From: Hyphococcus sp.
GTDB taxonomy: Bacteria > Pseudomonadota > Alphaproteobacteria > Caulobacterales > Parvularculaceae
Direction of reading: 5' to 3'
DNA length: 64,000 nt
Assembly (NCBI RefSeq): GCF_965267305.1
Contig: NZ_OZ253945.1
Span: 477,055 to 541,054, forward strand
Shown here: positions 10,150-18,850 of the stretch, piece after piece
Layout of the letters: the number at the start of each line of letters is the position of its first letter
Numbering within the stretch: position 1 is the stretch's first letter
Position numbers and translations under genes: made by a program
Notes under the pieces: model-generated
What the model was told of the DNA's origin: nothing
The model's input: the letters and a program-made list of their open reading frames with translations, nothing else
Database searches by the model: none

Positions 10150-11607
10150 TCAGCGCCGCTTCAAACTGCCGAGAACGCCGCGCACCAATTCGCGCGCCAG
10201 CGTTCTCGCGGCCGTTTTGAAGGCGGCTTCGCTGACGGTCTGGCGGTTCGAGCGCCGGCGCTTGGTTTTGCGCCCTGAAGATTTTTGCTTTTCTTCTTTT
10301 TCGCGGGCCTTTGCTTCTTGTTCGGCGAGCTTTTCTGCGCGGTCTCTCAGAACCTCATAGGCGGACTCGCGGTCAATCTCCTTGTCATATTTGTCGGCCA
10401 TGTCGGAATAACGCAGGACGTTTTTGCGCTCTGCATCGGAAAGCGGGCCCATGCGTGAAGAGGGCGGGCGAATAAGCGTGCGCTGCACGACGCCCGGCGC
10501 GCCTTTGGCTTCGAGGGTCGAGACGAGCGCCTCTCCGATGCCGAGCTGGGTGATGACCTCCAGCGTTGAGAACGCCGGATTTGGCCGGAAGGTGTCGGCA
10601 GCGGCCTTGATGACCCGCTGTTCGCGCGGGGTGAAGGCGCGAAGCGCATGCTGCACGCGGTTGCCGAGCTGGCTTGAAACGCTGTCCGGCACGTCGAGAG
10701 GGTTTTGCGTCACGAAAAAAACGCCGACACCTTTCGACCGGATCAGCCGCACCACCTGTTCGACTTTTTCGAGCAGCGCTTTCGGGGCTTCATCGAATAG
10801 CAAGTGCGCCTCGTCGAAGAGGAATACGAGTTTCGGTTTTTCCGGGTCGCCGATTTCCGGCAGCTCTTCGAAAAGCTCCGACAACAGCCACAAAAGAAAC
10901 GTCGCATAAAGCTTCGGCGTCTGCATCAGCTTGTCGGCGGCGAGAATATTGACGATCCCTGCGCCTTCGTCGTCGGTGCGCAGAAAATCCATGAGGTCGA
11001 GCGCAGGTTCGCCGAAAAACTGTTCGGCCCCCTGTTCCTCAAGCGTCAGGAGCCGTCGCTGAATGGCGCCGACAGAGGCGCGCGAAACATGGCCGTATTC
11101 GGCGGACAGTTCTTTCGCGCGCTCGGCGACATCGACCAGCAGCGCCCGCAAATCCTTAAGATCTAGGAGAAGCAGCCCTTCATCGTCTGCGAGTCGGAAA
11201 GCGAGGGTCAAAACCCCTTCCTGGGTTTCGTTGAGATCGAGGAGGCGCGCGAGAAGCAGCGGGCCCATTTCGGAAACGGTGGCGCGGACGGGATGCCCCT
11301 GTTCCCCAAAAAGATCCCAGAAGCAGATGGGAAATCGCTTCGCCTCATAAGGATCGAGACCGATCTTTTGCGCGCGCTCCGTCAGGAAGTCTTTTATTTC
11401 CACAGGCTCGGCGAGACCGGAAAGGTCGCCCTTCACATCGGCGACGAAAACCGGAACACCGGCAGCAGAGAGGCCCTCCGCAATAATCTGCAAGGTGACG
11501 GTTTTGCCTGTCCCCGTTGCGCCCGAGATGAGTCCGTGGCGGTTTGCGTATTTCAGAGACAGCGCTTCCGGCTTGTCGCTCTTTCCGAGAAAAACAGAGC
11601 TTTGCAT
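10150..11607 (-). CDS. HerA-like P-loop ATPase (DUF853 / YjgR family)
   Basis: 485 aa. The Walker A motif is GATGTGKT and the Walker B-like motif is [12 protein letters not shown]. The C-terminal tail is basic. Its stop lies 1 nt from the CPBP start codon. Confidence 0.85.
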   Translation of the reverse strand: MQSSVFLGKSDKPEALSLKYANRHGLISGATGTGKTVTLQIIAEGLSAAGVPVFVADVKGDLSGLAEPVEIKDFLTERAQKIGLDPYEAKRFPICFWDLFGEQGHPVRATVSEMGPLLLARLLDLNETQEGVLTLAFRLADDEGLLLLDLKDLRALLVDVAERAKELSAEYGHVSRASVGAIQRRLLTLEEQGAEQFFGEPALDLMDFLRTDDEGAGIVNILAADKLMQTPKLYATFLLWLLSELFEELPEIGDPEKPKLVFLFDEAHLLFDEAPKALLEKVEQVVRLIRSKGVGVFFVTQNPLDVPDSVSSQLGNRVQHALRAFTPREQRVIKAAADTFRPNPAFSTLEVITQLGIGEALVSTLEAKGAPGVVQRTLIRPPSSRMGPLSDAERKNVLRYSDMADKYDKEIDRESAYEVLRDRAEKLAEQEAKAREKEEKQKSSGRKTKRRRSNRQTVSEAAFKTAARTLARELVRGVLGSLKRR

Positions 11608-11878
11608 GATTTTGTCTCCTGGCCGGCCGGCGGTGTTGTGCAGTGCGCAAGACCGCGATTCATGCGGCCTTTAGACCTGAATAATGTCCAAGCGCCCGGA
11701 ATTATTGTCAAATCTGTAATGCGGATGCCGCAACAGCCCATTTACGGCGATGTGGGTTGGGGATAAAATCCATCAGCTGCGCAAGAAACGCCAGTCGAGG
11801 GAATAGGCGCGGGGGCGCGGCGCAGCGTATCAGAGTATTGACATCGGGCGAAGCAAACGCACCAGGAAGGGGAACATC

Positions 11879-12337
11879 ATGCTTAGGATTCTTCTCGTCA
11901 TCGCTGTCGCGCTGGCGGTTATCATCGGGTTGACGCAGCTCATGGGCCGCGACGCCCCGGAGCCGCTTGAAAATGCGGCTGAGGCCATTGAAGACGCAGC
12001 CGAGGATGTCGGCGACGCAGTCAGCGATATGGGCGACGACATGACAGAAGACGACGGCGCCATGGAGGAAATGGGCGAGACTGTGGACGACGCCATGGAT
12101 GCGACCGGCGACATGGCCGAAGACGCCATGGATACTATGGAGGAAGCGGCCGATGACGCCGGCGACATGATGCATGAAGCTGGCGAAGAGATGGAACAGG
12201 CCGCCGAAGACGCCGCCGCGGAAATGCAAGAGATGGCCGATGAGGCCGGCGACGAAATGGAAGAGGCTGCGGACGACATGGAAGACGCAGCCGACGAGGC
12301 GGCTGACGAAGCCGCCGAAGACGAGCCGCAAAACTAA
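11879..12337 (+). CDS. membrane-anchored, extremely acidic Met/Asp/Glu/Ala-rich repeat protein
   Basis: 152 aa. AGGAAGGGG ends 6 nt before the ATG. The N-terminal TM helix is LRILLVIAVALAVIIGL. A strong intrinsic terminator follows at 12387..12419 on the same strand. An antisense mirror ORF exists (see rejected list). Confidence 0.6.
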   Translation: MLRILLVIAVALAVIIGLTQLMGRDAPEPLENAAEAIEDAAEDVGDAVSDMGDDMTEDDGAMEEMGETVDDAMDATGDMAEDAMDTMEEAADDAGDMMHEAGEEMEQAAEDAAAEMQEMADEAGDEMEEAADDMEDAADEAADEAAEDEPQN

Positions 12338-12386
12338 CCGACCCAAAACAGCACGCTTTTGCATCGAAAGCGCGCCAGAATGAAAC

Positions 12387-12419
12387 ACCGCCCGCATGTT
12401 AGCTCATGCGGGCGGTTTT
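12387..12419 (+). terminator. rho-independent terminator
   Basis: The stem CCGCCCGCATG / CATGCGGGCGG is 11 bp (12388-12398 and 12405-12415). The loop is 6 nt and is followed by TTTT. Confidence 0.65.
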
Positions 12420-12526
12420 AATGTTTACAGGGCGTTAAAGATGACGGATAAAATTTTAATCTGGTTGTAGCAATTGATCTCTTACTGTCCTGTCATGAGC
12501 AGTAGCGTTTTCAAAGTGAGCGAAAC

Positions 12527-12880
12527 ATGACCTCAGGCGGTGTGATCGATTTCAACCATCTGGAGAAATATGTCGCCGGCGACGATGCGCTTCGCGACGA
12601 AATTCTCGAGATTTTCGCAGATCAGGTGGCCCTTCTTCTGGATCAGTTCGACGTGTTCCAGACGGACGAGGCCTGGAAGAATACGGCCCATACGCTCAAA
12701 GGCGCCTCGCGCGGCGTTGGAGCCTGGAAACTCGGCGAGATCTGCGAAGACGCCGAAAACCTGATCGGCCCCGCGCCGGGCAAACAGGAAAGCCGGGCGA
12801 CGCTTCTGGTGTCGCTTCGCGTCATGGCCTCCGACGCCATGGATGAAGCGAGGCGCTTCCGGCTGGCGGCGGCGATCTGA
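12527..12880 (+). CDS. stand-alone histidine phosphotransfer (Hpt) domain protein
   Basis: 117 aa. It carries the Hpt signature HTLKGASRGVGA around the phospho-accepting His. Confidence 0.8.
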   Translation: MTSGGVIDFNHLEKYVAGDDALRDEILEIFADQVALLLDQFDVFQTDEAWKNTAHTLKGASRGVGAWKLGEICEDAENLIGPAPGKQESRATLLVSLRVMASDAMDEARRFRLAAAI

Positions 12881-12882
12881 CA

Positions 12883-14058
12883 TTAACGCTTCAGTTCGGC
12901 CATCGCCTTTTCGATGCCGCCGAGCGTCAGCGGGAACATCCGTTCGCCGGTGAGTTCGCGCAAGAGCTTGGTCGACGGCACATAGTCCCAGCTGTCCTTG
13001 CGCACGGGATTGAGCCAGACGACGCGTTCGTACACATCGGTGACCCGCTTCATCCAGACGGCGCCGGCCTCCTCGTTGAAATATTCGACCGACCCGCCGG
13101 GCACGGTGATCTCGTAAGGCGACATGGAGGCGTCGCCGACAAAGATCACCTTGTAGTCATGGGGATATTTGTGGAGCACGTCCCAGGTTGGAATTTTCTC
13201 CGTCCAGCGGCGGCGGTTGTCCTTCCATACATAATCGTAAAGACAGTTATGGAAGTAGAAATACTCCATATGCTTGAACTCGGCGCGCGCGGCGGAGAAA
13301 AGCTCCTCGCAGATCTTCACGAACGGATCCATTGATCCGCCCACGTCAAAAAACAGGAGCACCTTGATCGTGTTGCGCCGTTCGGGACGCATCTTGATGT
13401 CGAGATAGCCGGCGCGGGCGGTTGCGTCGATCGTGCTGTCGAGATCGAATTCCTCCGCCGCGCCTTCGCGCGCAAAGCGGCGCAGCTTTCTCAGCGCCAT
13501 TTTGATGTTGCGCGTGCCGAGCTCCACATTGTCGTCGAGATTCTTGTAGTCGCGCTTTTCCCAGACCTTGACGGCGCGGCCCTGGCGCTTGCCCTGATTG
13601 CCGATGCGGACGCCTTCGGGGTTATAGCCGCCGGAGCCGAAGGGCGATGTGCCGCCCGTGCCGATCCACTTATTGCCGCCTTCATGGCGCTTCTTCTGTT
13701 CTTCGAGGCGCTCTTTCAGCGTCTCCATCAGCTTGTCCCAGCCGCCGAGCGCTTCGATCTCCTTCATCTCTTCCGGCGTGAAATAGCGCTCGGTCATGAG
13801 GCGCAGCCAGTCTTCGGGAATGTCGGCGGTGATCTCCTCGCCGATGCTTTCAAGTCCCTTGAAGACATGGGCGAAGACCCGGTCGAACTTGTCGAGATTG
13901 CGCTCGTCCTTCACCAGCGCCGAACGCGAGAGATAATAAAAATCCTCGACTCTGCGGCCCGCGAGATCGGCGTCCATCGCCTCCATCAGGGTGAGATATT
14001 CCCGTAAGGAAACGGGCAGGCCGGCCGTCTTTAGCTCGTGGAAGAATTTTGCAAACAT
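12883..14058 (-). CDS. VWA domain protein, CoxE-like
   Basis: 391 aa. The N-terminus FHELKTAGLPVSLREYLTLMEA and the C-terminal VWA fold (LLFFDVGGSMDP MIDAS-like motif) match the CoxE/COG3552 type as I remember it. Confidence 0.8.
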   Translation of the reverse strand: MFAKFFHELKTAGLPVSLREYLTLMEAMDADLAGRRVEDFYYLSRSALVKDERNLDKFDRVFAHVFKGLESIGEEITADIPEDWLRLMTERYFTPEEMKEIEALGGWDKLMETLKERLEEQKKRHEGGNKWIGTGGTSPFGSGGYNPEGVRIGNQGKRQGRAVKVWEKRDYKNLDDNVELGTRNIKMALRKLRRFAREGAAEEFDLDSTIDATARAGYLDIKMRPERRNTIKVLLFFDVGGSMDPFVKICEELFSAARAEFKHMEYFYFHNCLYDYVWKDNRRRWTEKIPTWDVLHKYPHDYKVIFVGDASMSPYEITVPGGSVEYFNEEAGAVWMKRVTDVYERVVWLNPVRKDSWDYVPSTKLLRELTGERMFPLTLGGIEKAMAELKR

Positions 14059-14123
14059 GGTCTATCCTAACGCGCGCCGTTGCAGACGAAAGCCCGCCCT
14101 GCAGTCTCGTGGTCCGAGCGGTT

Positions 14124-14334
14124 CCGCCCGTTTTCATCCGCATTCTTAGCGGCTTTCCGACGAGTCTGGCGCCATTTGAAAGATTCTGCTCTCCGATAGG
14201 TCAAACGTCGTCTCCTCTGCGGTTGGTGCGGCGGCGGACTTGCCGCGCGGCGAATTTCTCAACCGCGTCATCATACGCCAGCCGGCAAAGTGGTGGATAA
14301 CTCTTCACCAACACTGGGTTTTATTGAAGAATTC
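14124..14334 (-). repeat. copy A of a duplicated ~215-nt intergenic element (candidate sRNA or cis-regulatory element)
   Basis: The reverse complement aligns to 61939..62155. Block 1 matches at 39/45 nt and block 2 at 53/67 nt, both ungapped. The spacers between the blocks are 99 and 105 nt. Confidence 0.7.
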
Positions 14335-14391
14335 GCGCGAGAGGCGAAAAATCGAAGGGGCCCGGTCAACCGCTGGATGCGTCGTCCGCCG

Positions 14392-15501
14392 CTATGCCGC
14401 GGCTGCATTTCTGAATTCGCGCGGCGTCATGCCCACATGGCTCTTGAAAGCGCGGTTGAAGGGGCCGATCGAGTTAAAGCCGCAGTCGAAGGCGATCGAC
14501 AGAATCGGCCGGCCGTCATGCGCCGGATCGGATAGCAAATCCTTGGCGTAGTCGATGCGGCGCGCGTTAATGAACTGATTGAAATTCCGGTAGCCGAGAA
14601 AGCCGGTGATGCATTGCGTCACTTTGTAGTCCTGTTCGCCGAGGCTTGCGGCGAGGTCGGCGATTTTGAGATCGGGGGTCGCAAAACGCTGCTCTTCCTC
14701 GATAGCGCGGAGAATGCGCCGGGCCAGGTTCTCGTCGCTGGCGGCGGGCGCGGGGCTCGCCTTTCGCGCGCTGCGCGCCGGTAAGGGATGGCGTTTGCGG
14801 AACGAGACGGCGAGTCTTGCGCCGATGACAGCGACGGCGGCGCTGACAATAAGCGTTGATTCGGCCCATTGCGCGCCGATGCTCGTCTCATTGGCGTTCA
14901 TCGCCCAAAGAAACGTTACGGCGATCATGGCGCCGAAGATCAGCGCGAAGAGCTGGCGAAAGCGTCTTTCATGCTTGGGCAGGGCGGCGCTGTAGCCCGA
15001 AAGAACTTCCACAAAGACCAGCACGACCGCGCCGATGCAAATGAGCGACGCGGCGTTTGCGGCGATCCGGCGGAGTTCGCCCGAGCCGGAAGGGACGCCC
15101 GCGATGTGCCAGTAGGATTCAACGGCGATGATTGCGGCGATGGCGAGGATATTCCAGCGTTCGATTGGTTTTTCAGCCCGAAAGAGCGTGCGCGAGAGCA
15201 GCCACAGCCAGCCGCACCCGGCGGAACCGCCAATCGCGAAGATGTATGTCATTGGCGCGCCGACATCGCCGGCATAATCCGCCGCTACGGATAACGCGAC
15301 CGACGCGGTGAAGATCCACCACAAGATGTCGCATGGCGCGACCGGACCCAGCTTCGGCGCTGCGCGCTTCGCCAGGAGAGCAGACGCGCCGGCCCAGAAA
15401 TCCGCCAGGCCGTTTTTTCGAAGCAATCCTTCCATGGCGTCACCTCTCGCCCTGACCCGCGCAAAGGTCGCTTCGGCGACATAATCGCCGTTTGCCCCCA
15501 A
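14392..15501 (-). CDS. membrane-associated AraC-family transcriptional regulator
   Basis: The C-terminal AraC HTH is IADLAASLGEQDYKVTQ...IAFDCGFNSIGPFNRAFKSHVGMTPREFR. The N-terminal ~230 aa contain several TM helices. An alternative ATG start lies at 15435. Confidence 0.8.
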   Translation of the reverse strand: MGANGDYVAEATFARVRARGDAMEGLLRKNGLADFWAGASALLAKRAAPKLGPVAPCDILWWIFTASVALSVAADYAGDVGAPMTYIFAIGGSAGCGWLWLLSRTLFRAEKPIERWNILAIAAIIAVESYWHIAGVPSGSGELRRIAANAASLICIGAVVLVFVEVLSGYSAALPKHERRFRQLFALIFGAMIAVTFLWAMNANETSIGAQWAESTLIVSAAVAVIGARLAVSFRKRHPLPARSARKASPAPAASDENLARRILRAIEEEQRFATPDLKIADLAASLGEQDYKVTQCITGFLGYRNFNQFINARRIDYAKDLLSDPAHDGRPILSIAFDCGFNSIGPFNRAFKSHVGMTPREFRNAAAA

Positions 15502-15691
15502 AAATACTGGCCGTTTTCCAAATCGGCGAGATCACGCCCGCCGGGCGCCCTTCATATCCGATCCGCGCAGGCGTCGAAAGCGCGAATGCGATGAGACGGC
15601 GCAGAGATCGGGCGAAAACGCCGGATTCAGCGGGCTTTGAGTCACCTTTTCGCGCCGCCCGCAAATCGAAAAAAAGAATAGGAGCCCCATT

Positions 15692-16549
15692 GTGACGACC
15701 CTGTTTGAGCCTTCCCCGGCCATGCCGTCTCCAGCCGGCCAATCGGCCTCGCGCCTATCCGGCCGGTGGCCCGACCGCCTCCTCAGCTTTACCGGCGTCT
15801 TGTGGTTTCTGGCGGCCGCGGCAGGTCAGTGGATTTTTGTTTACTATGTCGCCGCGTCTTATGTTCCCGCCCTCACTCAAAATGGATTTCCGGGTCTGGC
15901 GGATACGGCCTTGCCAAAGGGCTATGTGGCGGGCGACCTGATCGGCAATCTCGCCATAGCGTTTCATGTATTGATTGCGATCGTCATCATTGGCGGCGGG
16001 CCGCTGCAACTGACGCCCCAGATTCGCAATCGCTTCCCGGCGTTTCACCGCTATCTCGGACGCGCCTATGTGCTGACCGCAGCCGTGACGAGCGCAGCGG
16101 GCCTTCACCTCGTCTGGACGCGCGGTGTTCCCGGTGGGATGATCGGGCATATCGCGATCAGTCTCGACGCGGTGTTGATCTGGATCTGCGCCGCGATCGC
16201 CATTCGTTTCGCCATGACCCGGCAGATCGACCGGCACCGCCGCTGGGCCATGCGCCTTTTCATGGTAGCGAGCGCCGTCTGGTTTTTCCGCATCGGCCTT
16301 ATGTTCTGGTTCATGACAACCGGCGGCATCGGGATCGATCCGGAAACCTTTGAAGGACCCTTTCTCACCTTCATGTATTTTGCACAGATGGCGATTCCCC
16401 TCCTGGTGCTCCAGCTCTATTTCCAGGCGCAGGATTCAACGGGCGCCGGGCTGAAGTTCGCCGCAGCGTTTGTGGTGCTGGCGGCGACCGGCGTGACAGC
16501 GTTGGGATCGTTTGCGGCGGCGATGGGGATGTGGCTGCCGCGATTGTAA
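15692..16549 (+). CDS. DUF2306-like multi-TM membrane protein
   Basis: 285 aa with about 6-7 TM helices. The HRWAMRLF motif resembles DUF2306. The start codon is uncertain (GTG at 15692). Confidence 0.6.
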   Translation: MTTLFEPSPAMPSPAGQSASRLSGRWPDRLLSFTGVLWFLAAAAGQWIFVYYVAASYVPALTQNGFPGLADTALPKGYVAGDLIGNLAIAFHVLIAIVIIGGGPLQLTPQIRNRFPAFHRYLGRAYVLTAAVTSAAGLHLVWTRGVPGGMIGHIAISLDAVLIWICAAIAIRFAMTRQIDRHRRWAMRLFMVASAVWFFRIGLMFWFMTTGGIGIDPETFEGPFLTFMYFAQMAIPLLVLQLYFQAQDSTGAGLKFAAAFVVLAATGVTALGSFAAAMGMWLPRL

Positions 16550-16640
16550 GCCACAACCAGAGATCGCAGCTGCCTTCGCGCATGCGAAAGAGTTGGACGG
16601 ACATGGAGGCGCAGCTTTTGCGCTTGGCGTAAACCCGGTT

Positions 16641-17087
16641 ATGCTCCCGCTCATGGGGACGACATTTCTTCTGGTGATGATCGCCATTGTGCTGGCCGGG
16701 GCGGCGCTGGGCGTGACGGCGAGCCTCGGCCCGCGCGGGCGGGGCCCATGGGTCTACGGACAACTCGCCCTGATGGTCGGGATCTATGTGGGCTTCGCCC
16801 TGACGGGGATCGATCCTTCCGGCATCGTCCTGCGGTCATCGTTAACGCCCCTGGTGGTCGAAGGGATGACCGCGCTCCTGTTTCTGCTTCTGGGTCTTGC
16901 GGTTTTGCAGTCGGGCCGCATCTGGCTTCTCGGCGCGCTGATCCTCGGCCATGGCGGCGTCGACCTTCTCCACCTTTTAATGAAAGCGGACCACAGCCCC
17001 GCCTGGTACGCATTCATCTGCGCCATCTATGACGCCATAGTCGGAACGGGCGCCATCTGGCTCCTCAGTTCACCGAAAAAAGACTGA
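16641..17087 (+). CDS. hypothetical membrane protein
   Basis: 148 aa from the ATG at 16641, with about 5 TM helices. The upstream part of listed ORF 16512.. overlaps the preceding gene and looks non-coding. Confidence 0.5.
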   Translation: MLPLMGTTFLLVMIAIVLAGAALGVTASLGPRGRGPWVYGQLALMVGIYVGFALTGIDPSGIVLRSSLTPLVVEGMTALLFLLLGLAVLQSGRIWLLGALILGHGGVDLLHLLMKADHSPAWYAFICAIYDAIVGTGAIWLLSSPKKD

Positions 17088-17115
17088 AAAGCCTAGGCTT
17101 TCGCCCCTTTCTTTT
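17088..17115 (+). terminator. weak terminator-like palindrome
   Basis: AAAGCCTAGGCTTT is a perfect 14-nt palindrome and is followed by the T-rich stretch CGCCCCTTTCTTTT. The stem is short and AT-rich. Confidence 0.3.
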
Positions 17116-17194
17116 AATTGTGGTCGTGCTAGAGCCCCCAAGACTATTACGATACCCAGTCACGATAATCCGGAACAATCGGAGCGTCCCTATC

Positions 17195-18502
17195 ATGGAT
17201 CACGGAAGAAACGAGTTCGCCACCAATGAAAGCCTGAAGTCGCGCCGCGATGAGGCGTGCCCCGTGGGCCTGCCGTCGAAGTCGGGGATTTACGCGGCGC
17301 GCGCCAAAGGCGCCGAACTCTGGGACGTCGAGGGCAAGCGTTATATCGATTTCATCGGCGGCATTGGCGTTCTCAATGTCGGCCATGCGCATCCGAAGGT
17401 CGTCGAGGCGATCAAGAAGCAGGCCGAGAATTTCATCCACACGGCGTTCGGCATCGCGCAATATGAAAGCTATGTGGAAGTCTGCGAAAAGCTGAACCGC
17501 ATCGCGCCGGGCCCGACGAAAAAGAAAACCGCGCTGTTCAACTCCGGCGCGGAGGCGGTCGAGAACTCGGTGAAGTTCGCGCGTCAGATCACCGGCCGCC
17601 CGGGCGTCATCGCCTTTGAAGGCGCTTTTCACGGACGCACGCTTCTGGCGACGACCCTGACGGGCAAGGCAAAACCCTACAAGGTCGGGTTCGGCCCTTA
17701 TGTCCCCGCCGTGTTTCATGCGCCTTATCCCGACAGCTATCACGGCATCTCGACCGAAGGCGCGCTCAACTGTCTCGATCATATTTTCAAGACCGCGATC
17801 AACGCCAATGAAGTCGCAGCGATCATCGTTGAGCCGGTGCAGGGCGAGGGCGGGTTCAATCCCGCGCCAAAAGCCTTCCTCGAAGGCCTCAGGAAGAAAT
17901 GCGACGACAACGGCATTCTCCTGATCGCCGATGAAATCCAGTCGGGCATGGGCCGCACGGGCAAATACTTCGCCTTTGAAAGCGTCGGCGTGGAGCCGGA
18001 TTTCCTTTGTGTTGCAAAATCGATCGCCGCGGGGCTTCCGCTCTCGGCGCTCGTCGGCAAGGCGGAGCTCATGGACAAGGTCGTTCCGGGCTCCATGGGG
18101 TCAACCTATGGCGGCAACCCGGTCGCCTGCGCCGCCGCGCTTGCGGTGTTCGATATCTTCGAAACGGAGGGCCTGCTTGAGCGCGCAGTTGAAATCGGCG
18201 AGCGCACCGCGAAGCGCTGGAACGCGCTGAAAGCGAAACACAAGAACGTCATCGGCGATGTTCGCCAGGTCGGCGGCATGGTCGCGGTCGAGTTCGTGAA
18301 GGACGGCGACGCGAAACAGCCAAACGGCGATCTCGCGGGCGCAATCCTCACTGAGGCGCGCCAGCGCGGCCTCATCATGACCACAGCCGGCGCCTATGCG
18401 CAGTGCCTGCGCTCTCTGGTGCCGCTCGTCATCTCCAACGATCTCCTCGACGAAGGCCTCGACATTTTCGAAGAGGCTACGGAAGCGGCGATCAAGGGAT
18501 AA
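17195..18502 (+). CDS. gabT: class-III PLP aminotransferase, 4-aminobutyrate--2-oxoglutarate transaminase-like
   Basis: It contains DFIGGIGVLNVGHAHP, LIADEIQSGMGRTGK, and a catalytic-Lys context FLCVAKSIAAG. I prefer the start at ATG 17195. Confidence 0.85.
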   Translation: MDHGRNEFATNESLKSRRDEACPVGLPSKSGIYAARAKGAELWDVEGKRYIDFIGGIGVLNVGHAHPKVVEAIKKQAENFIHTAFGIAQYESYVEVCEKLNRIAPGPTKKKTALFNSGAEAVENSVKFARQITGRPGVIAFEGAFHGRTLLATTLTGKAKPYKVGFGPYVPAVFHAPYPDSYHGISTEGALNCLDHIFKTAINANEVAAIIVEPVQGEGGFNPAPKAFLEGLRKKCDDNGILLIADEIQSGMGRTGKYFAFESVGVEPDFLCVAKSIAAGLPLSALVGKAELMDKVVPGSMGSTYGGNPVACAAALAVFDIFETEGLLERAVEIGERTAKRWNALKAKHKNVIGDVRQVGGMVAVEFVKDGDAKQPNGDLAGAILTEARQRGLIMTTAGAYAQCLRSLVPLVISNDLLDEGLDIFEEATEAAIKG

Positions 18503-18511
18503 GCGAGAAGG

Positions 18512-18829
18512 GTGCGGACGCTCTCGACGTTCATCATCTGGACCTGCGCGATTGTCTGGGTGGCGCTCGCGGTGCAGGGCGTCTTCGCCTATATGACGCT
18601 GGAGCCTTCGGGCGACGGCTTCACGCGCGGGCTCAATCGAGTCATGGAGTTTCTGCGCTGGGAGGCGATTGCGCTCGCCGCGGCCGTCATCGGCTTTCTG
18701 GCGGGACGAAACCGGCCGAAAGGCGATCTCTCCCATTTCGCTGCGCGCTGGCCGCTTTATCTCTCGGGCGGATTTTTCTTGCTGCTGATTGTTTTGTATG
18801 TTGGGGCGGTGATTGCCGCGCGGCTTTAA
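18512..18829 (+). CDS. small hypothetical membrane protein (3 TM)
   Basis: 105 aa with clear TM segments. The start is GTG with poor SD spacing, so the start position is uncertain. Confidence 0.45.
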   Translation: MRTLSTFIIWTCAIVWVALAVQGVFAYMTLEPSGDGFTRGLNRVMEFLRWEAIALAAAVIGFLAGRNRPKGDLSHFAARWPLYLSGGFFLLLIVLYVGAVIAARL

Positions 18830-18850
18830 ACTAACCGATTATAATTTGGC

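Noticed and set aside
11838-11866. A TTGACA hexamer upstream of the acidic-protein gene, considered as a -35 element.
   Set aside because: The sequence 17 nt downstream (ACCAGG) is a poor -10. I cannot support a promoter call from sequence alone.
11708-12397. A 229-aa His/Val/Phe/Gly-rich ORF opposite the acidic Met-rich gene.
   Set aside because: It is the sequence mirror of the D/E/A/M repeats (ATG<->CAT and so on). It has no SD, and its 5' end runs through the terminator hairpin. The + strand ORF has an SD, a TM anchor and a downstream terminator. The rejection is not absolute (see finding).
14161-14191. A hairpin with an apparent compensatory change around the conserved TCAAATGGCGCC loop in block 2 of the duplicated element.
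   Set aside because: On careful indexing, the two copies pair in registers shifted by 2 nt. The apparent G-C to C-G swap is therefore not a true covariation, and no secondary structure is claimed.
14049-14300. ORFs overlapping the duplicated element (14049-14300 + and 62016-62426 -) share PP(V/I)FIRI...APF..FCS. ORFs 14290-14535 + and 61846-62082 - share KVVDN..PTLG.IEEF.
   Set aside because: The similarity is confined to the two nucleotide-conserved blocks. Outside them the translations are unrelated, no common start codon or SD exists, and each ORF overlaps neighbouring real genes. The conservation is more simply explained at the nucleotide level. Some substitutions are conservative, so coding is not fully excluded.
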